A stretch of DNA of 64,000 nt from an uncultured Gammaproteobacteria bacterium (GTDB taxonomy: Bacteria; Patescibacteriota; Microgenomatia; Levybacterales; GWA1-39-11). Of this stretch, positions 1 to 9,844 are shown piece by piece (the stretch's first letter is position 1; the number at the start of each line of letters is the position of its first letter). The translations under genes and the position numbers were made by a program. The stretch is from the NCBI GenBank assembly GCA_964409875.1, contig CAYPEN010000002.1, forward strand, positions 210,630-274,629, in the 5' to 3' direction. The notes under the pieces were generated by a model. The model saw only the letters and a list, made by a program, of their open reading frames with translations. It was not told the origin of the DNA and ran no database searches.

Positions 1-146
1 AGATAATTTATTACCTCTTCACGAATTTCCTCAGTATCCTTAATTTTAGATTCTCCCCCTAATTTTATTTGCGGAATGAAAAGAAGATTCCTTCCTATGA
101 TAAGAAGGAAAAATGAATAAAAAAGAACTATCGCAAGTTTTCTCAT
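1..146 (-). CDS. Partial CDS running off the window edge; N-terminal membrane anchor (MRKLAIVLFYSFFLLIIGRNL...)
   Basis: ATG at 146, 2 nt after the comM stop; frame open to position 1; hydrophobic N-terminus. Confidence 0.65.
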   Translation of the reverse strand, partial: MRKLAIVLFYSFFLLIIGRNLLFIPQIKLGGESKIKDTEEIREEVINY

Positions 147-148
147 AG

Positions 149-1669
149 CTATTCGGCAGTTCGGGGCCTGTATTGTAATGCTTCCAATATATGCTCGGAC
201 TTTACGCTACGTGACGAGTCTAAGTCCGCAATTGTGCGTGCAACTTTTAGCACTTTATTGAATGAACGGGCAGAAAGGGAGAGTGTTTTCATGGCGTTTT
301 TCATGACCATCTTCGCCTCATCTTCAATAAGAAGTAACTCTTTTAAGTCTCTTGCTGACATTTCGCTGTTCATTATAATCTTTTTTTCACTAAAGCGCTT
401 GCGCTGCTTCTGAAGCGCGCTTACAACGCGGCGTCTTACCGTTTTTGAATCCTCTATATTCTCTTCATCATCGACTAATTTCTCAACTTTAACTGCCGGT
501 ACGTCAATATGAATATCAATCCTGTCAAGAAGCGGACCGGATAATTTCTTTTGATATTTTAAGACCTGATTTGAGGAACACGTACACACTTTCGTGTTAT
601 CTCCATAATATCCGCAGGGACAAGGATTGGCGGCTGCCACAAGCATAAAGCGGCACGGAAAATTTGCCCTCTCTCTTGCACGGGAAATGCTTACAATTCC
701 ATCTTCCAAGGGTTGGCGGAGCGCCTCAAGAACATACCGGGAAAATTCAGGAAGCTCGTCTAAAAAAAGAACTCCTCTATGAGCAAGAGATATCTCTCCG
801 GGGCGAGGATTGGCACTTCCCCCCACAAGCCCTACATGGGAAGTGGTGTGATGAGGACTTCTAAATGGCCGGACTCTTAATATGGATTTTCCGAGCAAAA
901 GGCCTGAAATGCTATATATTTTTGTAACCTCCAGCGCCTCGTCAAATGAGAGAGGGGGAAGAATTGAGGGGATGGTTTTGGCAATAAGAGTTTTCCCGGC
1001 ACCGGGAGGTCCCTTGAGGAGAATATTATGTCCTCCAGCCACGGCTACTTCTACCGCCCGCTTAACGTACGCTTGTCCTTTGATGTCTTTTAGGTCAAAC
1101 TCATATTCCTCGTCATCCACCTCTTCTTCAAACCTGACGGGACTAAGAGGGGCAAGAAGTTTATTGCCAACCAAATGATTGAATAGTTCTTTAAGATTTT
1201 CTGCTGCATATACATCTATCCCGTGCACCACCTCAGCTTCTTTTTCGTTACTTTTTGGAATAAAAACACTTTTTAATCCTCTCTCTTTTGCAGCTAAAAC
1301 TATGGGCAGTATACCCTTTGATAGCCTTAATTCCCCATTAAGGGACAGTTCTCCAACGAAAAGCGCGCTTTTTGTATCAAAATTCAGCTGACCGGAGGAG
1401 AGAAGGATGGAAACAGCGATTGGCAAATCGAATGCAGGTCCCTCTTTTGGAAGATCACCTGGTGCCAAATTTACGGTCACTCTTTTTGTAGGAAACTCCG
1501 CTCCTGAATTCTTTATTGCCGAACGAACTCTTTCTTTCGACTCTTCAACTGCTTTATCCGGAAGACCAACAATAGTGAAAGAGGGGAGGCCGTTGAGAAT
1601 ATCTGTCTCCACCTCGACGAGAACGCCATCGAGTCCCACAACAGTTGCCGAAAGCACTTTGGAAACCAT
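149..1669 (-). CDS. comM: YifB/ComM family Mg-chelatase-like AAA+ ATPase
   Basis: VGLPDKAVEESKERV and NLAPGDLPKEG N-domain, Walker A GPPGAGKT, RPFRSPHH, LFLDELPEF, NPCPCG Zn motif. Confidence 0.95.
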   Translation of the reverse strand: MVSKVLSATVVGLDGVLVEVETDILNGLPSFTIVGLPDKAVEESKERVRSAIKNSGAEFPTKRVTVNLAPGDLPKEGPAFDLPIAVSILLSSGQLNFDTKSALFVGELSLNGELRLSKGILPIVLAAKERGLKSVFIPKSNEKEAEVVHGIDVYAAENLKELFNHLVGNKLLAPLSPVRFEEEVDDEEYEFDLKDIKGQAYVKRAVEVAVAGGHNILLKGPPGAGKTLIAKTIPSILPPLSFDEALEVTKIYSISGLLLGKSILRVRPFRSPHHTTSHVGLVGGSANPRPGEISLAHRGVLFLDELPEFSRYVLEALRQPLEDGIVSISRARERANFPCRFMLVAAANPCPCGYYGDNTKVCTCSSNQVLKYQKKLSGPLLDRIDIHIDVPAVKVEKLVDDEENIEDSKTVRRRVVSALQKQRKRFSEKKIIMNSEMSARDLKELLLIEDEAKMVMKNAMKTLSLSARSFNKVLKVARTIADLDSSRSVKSEHILEALQYRPRTAE

Positions 1670-1780
1670 AAGGTTAGTTTATAGTATTTTGTAGCAGGTT
1701 TGTAGGTAGTCATACATTGTTAAAGTTGCTAAATTCTTCTTTTTGAACTATAAACTAAAGACCACTGGCCACATTATTCT

Positions 1781-3538
1781 ATGGATGACGTAGAACGAAT
1801 AAAACAGAAGCTCGACATAACAGATATTATCGGCGGATATATAGCAACAAAAAGAGCCGGACGTAATTTCAAAGCCGTTTGCCCCTTTCATAATGAAAAA
1901 TCCCCCTCATTTGTCATATCCCCTGAAAGACAAATATGGCACTGTTTTGGATGCAACAGGGGGGGAGACGTCTTTACCTTTGTCGAAGAATACGAACGGG
2001 TCGATTTTTCCGAGGCGCTTAAAATTCTTGCGGACAAAGCCAATATCACCTTAACAAAAACGGTTTTTGCCAACAAACAGGATGAAAAGAAAAACAGAAT
2101 ATACGAAATAAATCACCTTACCAGCCAATTCTATCACTTTCTTTTAACCGAGCATGCAAGCGGGAAACAGGCGCTATCCTATGTTGTTGAAAAACGGGGA
2201 TTAACTCCGGCTCTTATCAAAACGTATGCATTAGGATATGCACCACGACAGGCAAATGCCCTCGCCTCATACCTAATTAACAAAAAACATTATGTAAAAG
2301 ATGAACTCCTGGAAGCGGGCGTTGCAACGATACGAAACGGAAGGCTGTATGATTTCTTTCAAAACAGAATAATTTTTCCCATTCAGGATGCGAGAGGAAA
2401 TATCGTCGCCTTTTCAGGGAGAGGGCTTACTGACGAGGCAATCCCCAAATACATTAATACCAGAGAAACTCCAGTATATATTAAGGGAGATACGGTATTT
2501 GGCCTCTATCAGGCAAAGGATGCGATAAAAAAAGAGGGCAAGGTGATTCTTATGGAAGGAGAATTTGATGTCATTACCTCGTTTAAGGAAGGGCTTACGA
2601 ATGTTGTAGCGGTAAAAGGTACTGCTTTGACAGAAAACCAAATAAGGCTTCTTAAGCGATTCTGCCAGAAAATTGTATTTTGTTTTGATACCGACCCTGC
2701 GGGAACAGAAGCACAAAGACGTTCAATTGCTTTGATTGCCCACGAAGGCATTAATGCAAGCGTAGTTATACCTCCCCAAGGGAAAGATGCAGATGAAGCA
2801 TTGCGGGAAAACCCCCTCTTGTTCAAAAAAGCGCTAAAAAATGAAATAAATATTTACGATTTTATTATTGAAAGTGCAGCCCAAAATGAAGACCCTCAAA
2901 CAGTTGAAGGAAAAAAACACATCCTCACCCGCACCCTTTCCTATATTGCGGATATAGAAAACGAAATTGTTAAGGAACATTACTTAAAAAAACTTTCAGA
3001 GCTTCTTGATACCTCATATGAATCGGTCGTAAAAGAGGCTTTGAAAGAGAAAAAACCGACTCCTCCTGAGATTATCAAGAAAAAAACGGAAAAGAGGTCA
3101 CAGCTTGAGCTTTCGGAAGAGCATATATTAACGCTCATTTTTCAAGCACCCCGCCCAAAAGAAGCGGTCGTTACGGCTGTAAATATTCTTGACGGAATTC
3201 ATTTTTCCCACGATTCCTCACAAAAAATCTTTGAAACGACGAAGACGTATTTTCAGACAAGTGAGGAATTGAATGTTTCGGAATTAAGTAGACTGCTGCC
3301 CCAAGAGGTGCTTTCACAATTTGATTTTTATTTCCTATCCCCTTTGCCTCAATTCCCAAATGATGAAGCGTATATGCAAGAACTTGAGAAATCCATGCGC
3401 TCATACAAACAACTGGCGATAAAAAACCAATTACAAATGGTGTCTGAAAGGATAAAAAAAGCGGAAAAAGAGGGGAATGAGGAATCGCTACAAAAACTAC
3501 GGGTTGAGTTCAACACGCTTGCCTCCCACTTCAAGTAA
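1781..3538 (+). CDS. dnaG: DNA primase
   Basis: CHC2 Zn finger (CPFHNEKSPS...WHCFGC), KYINTRET, TOPRIM EGEFDV and FDTDPAG. Confidence 0.97.
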   Translation: MDDVERIKQKLDITDIIGGYIATKRAGRNFKAVCPFHNEKSPSFVISPERQIWHCFGCNRGGDVFTFVEEYERVDFSEALKILADKANITLTKTVFANKQDEKKNRIYEINHLTSQFYHFLLTEHASGKQALSYVVEKRGLTPALIKTYALGYAPRQANALASYLINKKHYVKDELLEAGVATIRNGRLYDFFQNRIIFPIQDARGNIVAFSGRGLTDEAIPKYINTRETPVYIKGDTVFGLYQAKDAIKKEGKVILMEGEFDVITSFKEGLTNVVAVKGTALTENQIRLLKRFCQKIVFCFDTDPAGTEAQRRSIALIAHEGINASVVIPPQGKDADEALRENPLLFKKALKNEINIYDFIIESAAQNEDPQTVEGKKHILTRTLSYIADIENEIVKEHYLKKLSELLDTSYESVVKEALKEKKPTPPEIIKKKTEKRSQLELSEEHILTLIFQAPRPKEAVVTAVNILDGIHFSHDSSQKIFETTKTYFQTSEELNVSELSRLLPQEVLSQFDFYFLSPLPQFPNDEAYMQELEKSMRSYKQLAIKNQLQMVSERIKKAEKEGNEESLQKLRVEFNTLASHFK

Positions 3539-3648
3539 TACTGAAGACCTTGAAAAATTGAGAAAAAAGAGGTACAATAAAGCTCATTCTTTTTCTGTGG
3601 GGATTTTTGTGTAAAAACAAAAGTTTTCTGCGATAAAGTATCATAAAT

Positions 3649-4737
3649 ATGAGGGTAGGTGCTGTTAAAAACGAACATATTGAAGAACTGTTAGCCTCGG
3701 CCAAGAAAAAAGGCTATATCACCCAGGAAGAGATTCTCCAAAAATTCCCAAAACCGGAACACTTCTTAGAAGAGCTTGACTATCTCTATGACCAGCTCAT
3801 CAAAAAAGAAATCGACATATTTGAAACAATTGAGCAAGAAAAAGAAACCCACAAATCAATTGAGGACTTAGAAAAAGAACTTGAAGCGCTAAATCTTATC
3901 CAAGGAGGAACCGTCTCAGACCCTGTGAGAATGTACCTTAAGGAAATTGGACGTATTCCACTTTTGACATTTGATCAGGAGGTTGACCTGGCAAAACGGC
4001 TTGAGGCGGGAGACGAGTCGGCACGCAAAAAGCTGGTTGAGTCAAATTTACGGCTTGTTGTCTCAATTGCCAAAAAATATGTTGGACGCGGAATGACGCT
4101 TTTAGACCTTATCCAGGAAGGAAATCAAGGACTTATTCGGGCGGTTGAAAAATACGACTGGAAAAAAGGGTTTAAATTCTCAACGTATGCTACCTGGTGG
4201 ATACGGCAGGCTATAACGCGGGCAATTGCCGACCAGGCTCGTACAATCCGCATTCCCGTTCATATGGTTGAAAATATAAATCGTACCATGCGTGTTCAAA
4301 GGCGTCTCATGCAAGAAATCGGCCGCCAGCCAACCCCTGAGGAAATTGCAAAGGAGCTAGAGACTGACCCAGATAAAGTCAGAGAGATTCTTAAAATTTC
4401 CCAGCAACCAGCTTCTCTAGATACTCCAGTTGGGGATGAGGAAGATTCATACTTAGGCGACTTTATCTATGACGTAACGGCGCCAACTCTTTTTGATACT
4501 GCATCACGGGGACTATTAAAAGAGCAGTTAAATTCGGTCTTAGGAACACTTTCCGACCGCGAGAGAAGAGTCTTGGAAGAACGTTTTGGCTTAAAAGACG
4601 GCAAACCAAAAACACTTGAAGAAGTAGGACGCATGTTTGCTGTTACCCGCGAGCGCATCAGACAAATTGAAGCAAAAGCTTTGAGAAAACTTCGCCACCC
4701 CTCCCGTGGCAACAAACTCCGCGACTACTTGGAGTAG
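3649..4737 (+). CDS. rpoD: RNA polymerase primary sigma factor
   Basis: [56 protein letters not shown]; follows dnaG. Confidence 0.97.
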   Translation: MRVGAVKNEHIEELLASAKKKGYITQEEILQKFPKPEHFLEELDYLYDQLIKKEIDIFETIEQEKETHKSIEDLEKELEALNLIQGGTVSDPVRMYLKEIGRIPLLTFDQEVDLAKRLEAGDESARKKLVESNLRLVVSIAKKYVGRGMTLLDLIQEGNQGLIRAVEKYDWKKGFKFSTYATWWIRQAITRAIADQARTIRIPVHMVENINRTMRVQRRLMQEIGRQPTPEEIAKELETDPDKVREILKISQQPASLDTPVGDEEDSYLGDFIYDVTAPTLFDTASRGLLKEQLNSVLGTLSDRERRVLEERFGLKDGKPKTLEEVGRMFAVTRERIRQIEAKALRKLRHPSRGNKLRDYLE

Positions 4738-4810
4738 AACGACAGGCAAGCTCCGCTTATCTAGAGTAACTTCTGAAAGTTTTCATTTTTTGTGCTACGG
4801 TAAATATATT

Positions 4811-5359
4811 ATGAAATTATTCATTGTCTCGGCTTTTCTGCTCATCCTTTTTAGCACAAGCAACGCGTATGCCTCGTCATCTCACCGTAATTTTGCTTCA
4901 GACTCTGCTGATATGGTATTCACAGAGCTGCCCGAAGAAAACCCCAAATTCTCACTTGACGCGCTCAATGCTTTTGCATATATCTCCGACCAGGTAAGGA
5001 TCATCTCTGTTCTTCGGCTAGTCGGAGTAATCCAAGCACTAGGAATAGATCAAAACTCCTATTATGTTTCCGACTTTACCAAGAATGATGAATGGATAGA
5101 TAAATTAATTGAAAACGGCGAACTCTCCCCAACATACGCAAAAGTCCTTACTTTTTTCACCGGTAAAACCCAAAACTGTATGGACACAACGCAGCAAGGA
5201 GTGTGCTATTCATCAAATGGGAACCGCGCATTGCTTCTTGTTAAATTGACATATGGCCCAACAAACAGAAAATGCGGCAATGACTCTGCTTTTTATCTGT
5301 GGGACTCAAAGAGTGGAGGAAAGACAGTTTGTCTTACCCCAAAGACGCTTTCTATCTGA
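4811..5359 (+). CDS. Secreted hypothetical protein
   Basis: Start reassigned to ATG 4811 (MKLFIVSAFLLILFSTSNAYA signal peptide); four Cys in the C-terminal part. Confidence 0.7.
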   Translation: MKLFIVSAFLLILFSTSNAYASSSHRNFASDSADMVFTELPEENPKFSLDALNAFAYISDQVRIISVLRLVGVIQALGIDQNSYYVSDFTKNDEWIDKLIENGELSPTYAKVLTFFTGKTQNCMDTTQQGVCYSSNGNRALLLVKLTYGPTNRKCGNDSAFYLWDSKSGGKTVCLTPKTLSI

Positions 5360-5451
5360 TGCTGTGGCAGAATACCATTTCAGGCTAGACTTCTGTTTTT
5401 CTAGGTGATAAAATAGCTAACACTCAGAAAATCTGAGATTTCTACCAATGT

Positions 5452-5731
5452 TCCGCGATAGCTCAGCGGTAGAGCAGGAAGCTGTGTTAGCAGCTCTTGA
5501 TGGAAACGTCAAGATGAATAAGTGGGTGAATTCAGGGAACGTTTCAACAACCCTGAGCCAAGCCCTTTCTGCAAAAAAGAAAGGGAAGGTGCAGAGACTA
5601 GGTGAGTACACCAATTAGCGCCCACCACCTACATCTTTTTAAGACATGGTGATGAGATAGTCCAAAAAGTAAAACAAATAGTTTTACTAACCGTAACTTC
5701 AAGGTCCTAGGTTCGAATCCTAGTCGCGGAG
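5452..5731 (+). tRNA. tRNA-Asn(GTT), intron-interrupted (exons 5452-5485 and 5694-5731)
   Basis: Spliced: TCCGCGA TA GCTC AGCGGTA GAGC A GGAAG CTGTTAA CTTCA AGGTC CTAGG TTCGAAT CCTAG TCGCGGA G; cloverleaf with anticodon GT^T; CCA not encoded. Confidence 0.93.
5486..5693 (+). ncRNA. Group I self-splicing intron (IC3-like, 208 nt, no homing endonuclease ORF)
   Basis: P1 GCTGT/GCAGC with U.G at the 5' splice site; terminal G5693; P2 with GAAA tetraloop; P3 GTGGGTG/CGCCCAC; P4 TTCAGGG/CCCTGAG; R GCAGAGACTA and S GATAGTCC forming P7; P9 AGTAAAAC/GTTTTACT. Confidence 0.92.
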
Positions 5732-7303
5732 CAAAACAGGACGATGAAGATAAAAATCGTCCATTTGGACTGTTATATCAGCCTTTATTGGTGGTTCGAA
5801 AATCCTCGCAACTATTATGTCGTTTCTTTCCTCTTTCGAACTGATAAGCTCATTTGTAAGCTCGACCAGCTCAAGGAGTAATTTGAATGCTTTGGAATAA
5901 TTTGCAATCAGTTTTCCGTTTTCCAAATATAGGTCTGAAAAAACAAGGTTCGTTAATAGTCTCTTGTCTTCTTTCTGCGCCTTTTCATAAATGATATTTG
6001 CCCGTTGAGATAGTTCATACAAACTAGAACCCAATTCATAATATTTTTCATTCGCATTAGTGTGCTTCTCCAGAGACTTTGCTATGTCTTTTAGCTCTTC
6101 GAGGTAACGCTTTGAGCTTTGTGTGTAAAACGTCTCTGTAATTTTTTCATCCAGTTTGTCTTCGTACATTTTCTCCAGACGTTTATTGAGTTGCGTCTGA
6201 CGTTGATTAAGTTCATTGAGTGAAGAAGAATGATATTGAATTTTATCTTTATGTCCTTCTTTAAGTGCTTTTCGCACCCATTCAACAATACGGGGATTAT
6301 TTATACGTAACTTCCCAAACTCTTTGGCCAGAGCTTCTACTACTTCTTGCTGGGTATACCATATCTCCTGAGAGCAATCTTTATAACCGTTACAATGCCC
6401 ATAGACGATTCCTTTATGGATTTCCCAGGTAATTAACCCTCTGCATTCCATACACCGAAGCATACCTTGAAAAAGATGATTGTGTTTTCGATACTTTGGC
6501 GTGCTCTTGCTCCTCAATACTTCCTGCACCTTAGAAAATAAATCGTCACTGATAAACTGCTCGTGATTACCCTCATATAAAGCGTCATTCCATCTGATTT
6601 TTCCAATATAGAAAGGGTCAGTAAGATATTGATGAATTCTACTTTTTACAATCTTATTTCCGTTAGCATTGCGAAGACCTTTCTTGTATACGAACTCAGT
6701 TAACGCTTTCAGGGAATAATTTCTACTGGCGTATTGTGTGAACATCTCAATAACGAGCGGCATTTTATCCTCATCGATAACATGAGTTTTATGTCCTTTT
6801 TCTCCGACAGTTTTGTATCCGATTGGTGGTCTTGTGGGAAGCCATCCTTGGGCTATTTTTTCTTTTTGTCCCTTCTTTACGTTTTCCGAAAGAAGTCTCA
6901 CGTAATATTCAGCAGTAGCAACTTTTACTCTCCACATGAACCATTCATGGGATTTTGAATTCCTATGCAAAATACAGCCTTCTTTTACAAGATGAATTTG
7001 ATTACTCTCATCATCCATGACCCATTTATCAATTGTGGGAACGTCTGCAAAATTTCGGGTCAAGCGGTCTGTTGTTTCTACAACCATAGCGGGAATCTTA
7101 TTGTCACGAATGAATTTAGTCATTTCGTTAAAAGTCTTCCTTTGCGTATGTCCACTTGCCGATTCTGAAATAGCAAAAACTTTTATAATCTCTAGATTGT
7201 TTTTTGCAGCATACTCACGAAGGAATTTCTCCTGGGCAGGCAGAGAGTATCCTGTTTCCTCTTGTTCTTTACTGCTTACTCTACAAAATAAAATTGCTTT
7301 CAT
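5720..7303 (-). CDS. Large serine recombinase/integrase
   Basis: Start likely ATG 7303: MKAILFCRVSSKEQ (catalytic Ser), DRLTRN, recombinase domain PPIGY, Zn ribbon CMEC...HC...C, coiled coil; stop codon lies inside the tRNA T-arm. Confidence 0.93.
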   Translation of the reverse strand: MKAILFCRVSSKEQEETGYSLPAQEKFLREYAAKNNLEIIKVFAISESASGHTQRKTFNEMTKFIRDNKIPAMVVETTDRLTRNFADVPTIDKWVMDDESNQIHLVKEGCILHRNSKSHEWFMWRVKVATAEYYVRLLSENVKKGQKEKIAQGWLPTRPPIGYKTVGEKGHKTHVIDEDKMPLVIEMFTQYASRNYSLKALTEFVYKKGLRNANGNKIVKSRIHQYLTDPFYIGKIRWNDALYEGNHEQFISDDLFSKVQEVLRSKSTPKYRKHNHLFQGMLRCMECRGLITWEIHKGIVYGHCNGYKDCSQEIWYTQQEVVEALAKEFGKLRINNPRIVEWVRKALKEGHKDKIQYHSSSLNELNQRQTQLNKRLEKMYEDKLDEKITETFYTQSSKRYLEELKDIAKSLEKHTNANEKYYELGSSLYELSQRANIIYEKAQKEDKRLLTNLVFSDLYLENGKLIANYSKAFKLLLELVELTNELISSKEERNDIIVARIFEPPIKADITVQMDDFYLHRPVLLRD

Positions 7304-7310
7304 AATCTCA

Positions 7311-7392
7311 AATGCCCTCACTGGTTGTGCTCAGAACGGTGATGTCCTGTCCAATGAGGGCATTAAAAAACACCACCTTGTTTACTGAGCAC
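7311..7392 (-). promoter_or_regulatory. Structured leader upstream of the recombinase (three interlocking helices)
   Basis: Inverted repeats 7311-7324/7351-7364 (13/14), 7327-7334/7385-7392 (8/8), 7338-7345/7370-7377 (7/8, G.U on the minus strand). Confidence 0.55.
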
Positions 7393-7427
7393 GTTTTAAA
7401 CATAGCGCTCTGATTTAATAAAATCAA

Positions 7428-7583
7428 CTATGTTTCTATATTACCATCTGTTACTTTCAATAGAACTTCATAATACTGAAAGATAGCACTACCGATTTCT
7501 GAAACAAGGTCGTCTGATAGGCTCACACCGTAATCACTTTTGAAAATCTCTTTAAGTTCTTCCAATAACTGTTTATTAATCAT
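7428..7583 (-). CDS. 51-aa helical protein directly upstream of the recombinase (not in ORF track)
   Basis: MINKQLLEELKEIFKSDYGVSLSDDLVSEIGSAIFQYYEVLLKVTDGNIET*; co-oriented with the recombinase. Confidence 0.7.
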   Translation of the reverse strand: MINKQLLEELKEIFKSDYGVSLSDDLVSEIGSAIFQYYEVLLKVTDGNIET

Positions 7584-7657
7584 GTTTTTTATCTCGAGAT
7601 GACTAAATGGTCACCTCTTATCTCTTCTGCACATTCTTGACTCTTGTGACAAATACT

Positions 7658-7954
7658 CTAGGCACAAACTTGCAATATAATTTCATTGTTCTGTTGTATC
7701 TTTTTAAACTCTGGTGTTTTCCGAAAAATGTTTCGAACTTCTTTCGGTTTCACTGCATATCTATTTTCCTTTGCAACCGCACAAACGAATGAAATAAGAG
7801 GATAGTCTCCAATAGCATCCCATCGAGCCTCGTTTCTCAAGAATGTAAAAATTGTTTTCAATCGCTTTTTTCTTTCAATCATTTTTTCAATAATAGGCTT
7901 AGACAGACTTAAATCTTGGAAAGAGTAATAGTTAAATTTATTTATTTTTCCCAT
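7658..7954 (-). CDS. Hypothetical basic protein
   Basis: 98-aa ORF in the co-oriented element module. Confidence 0.6.
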   Translation of the reverse strand: MGKINKFNYYSFQDLSLSKPIIEKMIERKKRLKTIFTFLRNEARWDAIGDYPLISFVCAVAKENRYAVKPKEVRNIFRKTPEFKKIQQNNEIILQVCA

Positions 7955-8109
7955 ATATCTATTAATTAATATTTATTAGTTACAAGATATTTACTTCTTA
8001 CTAGATAGTTAATATATAGTGATAGTAAATATTGATTATTTGCTCTCCAGTGAAAATAAGAATCTGATAAAAATAAGAATGATATATACATATTCATAAT
8101 TAATATTTA

Positions 8110-8481
8110 TTAGAAGGGAATATCATCTGGATTAACAACTTCTTCTGAGAACTCTCTTGTGTTTCCGAGCTCTTCATTGACCCTATCTAAAACTGCCTTG
8201 GATATTTCGAAGAACATGCTTTTGTCGGAGATGTAAACGGATTTTACATAGCTGTATCCAGCTTTATAGGCGGGCAAATCAAATACTAAAGTTTCATGGC
8301 CATCACCATTAAAATCTCTCTTCTTGATTGTTATGCCTTTGATTGTTATAAATCCGAAATCGACCTGTACGAAGGCAATAATTGAAGGATTTCCATGAGC
8401 TAATTTAATGCGTGCTGTAGCAAAATTAGTATTTAAATCTACGGGTATTTCTACCTCAATGTCTGATTTTTCCATATTCAT
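8110..8481 (-). CDS. SpoVG-like nucleic-acid-binding protein with SSB-type DDIPF tail
   Basis: IAFVQVDFGFITIKGITI...LVFDLPA pattern resembles SpoVG; ends VVNPDDIPF. Confidence 0.65.
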   Translation of the reverse strand: MNMEKSDIEVEIPVDLNTNFATARIKLAHGNPSIIAFVQVDFGFITIKGITIKKRDFNGDGHETLVFDLPAYKAGYSYVKSVYISDKSMFFEISKAVLDRVNEELGNTREFSEEVVNPDDIPF

Positions 8482-8488
8482 TTAATTT

Positions 8489-8686
8489 TTAACTATGCTT
8501 ATGATTTTTCATAAACACATTGAGCGTCATATCAAACACTTTAATTCCTACAGCACGACAACTCTCGCAACAAATAAAATCGGGGTTCTCAAATAGACAA
8601 TAGTGAAGCGCTGCTCCTAAAGTCGAAAGTTCACCTTCACTTAGGTCAAGTACGTATCTGATTTCCTCTAGCTTAGTTTTTTTCAT
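8489..8686 (-). CDS. Small hypothetical protein (CCESC motif)
   Basis: 65-aa ORF overlapping the upstream gene's end. Confidence 0.5.
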   Translation of the reverse strand: MKKTKLEEIRYVLDLSEGELSTLGAALHYCLFENPDFICCESCRAVGIKVFDMTLNVFMKNHKHS

Positions 8687-8948
8687 AGGTTCCTTTCGTT
8701 TTCTCGTGAATTCGCGTTTTTAATTCATTAATTGTTTCTATGAGGAGACGGGATTCTACCTTGAGACTTCTATCCCAATGCTTTTTTATGATTTCTTCAC
8801 ACTTAACTGGAGTTGCAGAAAATTGAAAAGTGATGAATCTTCCGTTGCCACTTATGAGGCTAGTAAGAGGTATTCCGCTTGCTCTAACAAGCACTGCAGA
8901 ATAGAAATCATTTGTTTGCCAAGTTGTATTTTTATCTTTCATCTCCAT
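8673..8948 (-). CDS. DUF5659-like protein
   Basis: WQTNDFYSAVLV...FITFQF...INELKTRIH pattern recognised by eye. Confidence 0.6.
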   Translation of the reverse strand: MEMKDKNTTWQTNDFYSAVLVRASGIPLTSLISGNGRFITFQFSATPVKCEEIIKKHWDRSLKVESRLLIETINELKTRIHEKTKGTYEKN

Positions 8949-9019
8949 AAAAAAACTCTGAATTGTTTGAGTATCCAGAGTTTATAAAACGGAGCGATAT
9001 GGATTGAGACGTTATTTTT

Positions 9020-9844
9020 CTACTTTTTAAGCATGACTTTTTGTCTTTCTTTTAATCTTTGCTTCATTTTTCGAAGTGTATTGGCTTTCTTTTTGAGTTC
9101 ATCGTTATCGGCATGTTCGTATATCTCGGCCGCTTGTATCGTCGAGGTAATTTTTTCCTGAATTTTTCCATCAACGGAATCATAGTAAGTACGTTTTGTG
9201 CCAATCTCACCAGTTTTTAAGGATTGTGTTAAGTTACGTATTCGTCTGTGTTTATTTTTACTCATAGATAACGCTTGTAAAAGGCTTCTATATGCGGACT
9301 GCGCTTTTTTTGACGGTCTTCCCTTAATACCAACGTTGTTTTTGACAGTTCTACGAACATATTTCTTTTCCTGTGTGGTGAGCGGTATCCGTTGCAACTC
9401 ATCAGGGTTACTCATGATGTCATTCGGGAGTTCAGTGTTATAAAGTGGGGTCCATGGAGGTTGCCCATACAATACAAAGTATTGCATCCAGTCGTAGAAA
9501 CCAATAGGCAAGCCGTAGCTGACAAGTAAATGATTTATCCGTTTTTCGAATATGTCCCTAGTAGATTTATCCTGAGTTCTTAACCAAAAAGATTCTGCAT
9601 CAATATAATTATCATATTCAAAAGATTCCACATCTTTTTCTGAATTCAACTTTGGAATGCTCAGCTCTTTTCTCAACCCTTTTATGTCTTTCTTGAATCC
9701 AGTATCACTTTTTAAGTATGTCGAGAGTTCTCGATTTAATTCTTTTCGTGTTCCGAAATACTTTGTGTCTGCTTCATGCTTAATCGCATCTTGCATCAAT
9801 TCTCCAAGAGGGGATAACTTCGGCAAGTTCTTATTTCTCTTCAT
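9020..9844 (-). CDS. Hypothetical basic protein
   Basis: 274-aa ORF, Lys/Arg-rich C-terminus. Confidence 0.75.
   Translation of the reverse strand: MKRNKNLPKLSPLGELMQDAIKHEADTKYFGTRKELNRELSTYLKSDTGFKKDIKGLRKELSIPKLNSEKDVESFEYDNYIDAESFWLRTQDKSTRDIFEKRINHLLVSYGLPIGFYDWMQYFVLYGQPPWTPLYNTELPNDIMSNPDELQRIPLTTQEKKYVRRTVKNNVGIKGRPSKKAQSAYRSLLQALSMSKNKHRRIRNLTQSLKTGEIGTKRTYYDSVDGKIQEKITSTIQAAEIYEHADNDELKKKANTLRKMKQRLKERQKVMLKK

Noticed and set aside
4706-4810. ORF-track N-terminal extensions (also csoR to 16252, 49792, 61817, 26135, cyoD to 29414)
   Set aside because: They overlap neighbours or promoters; downstream ATGs fit signal peptides, family N-termini and -10 spacing better.
5417-5614. 65-aa minus-strand ORF as an intron-encoded endonuclease
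   Set aside because: Antisense to the tRNA/intron, with no LAGLIDADG, HNH or GIY-YIG motif; the intron is too short.
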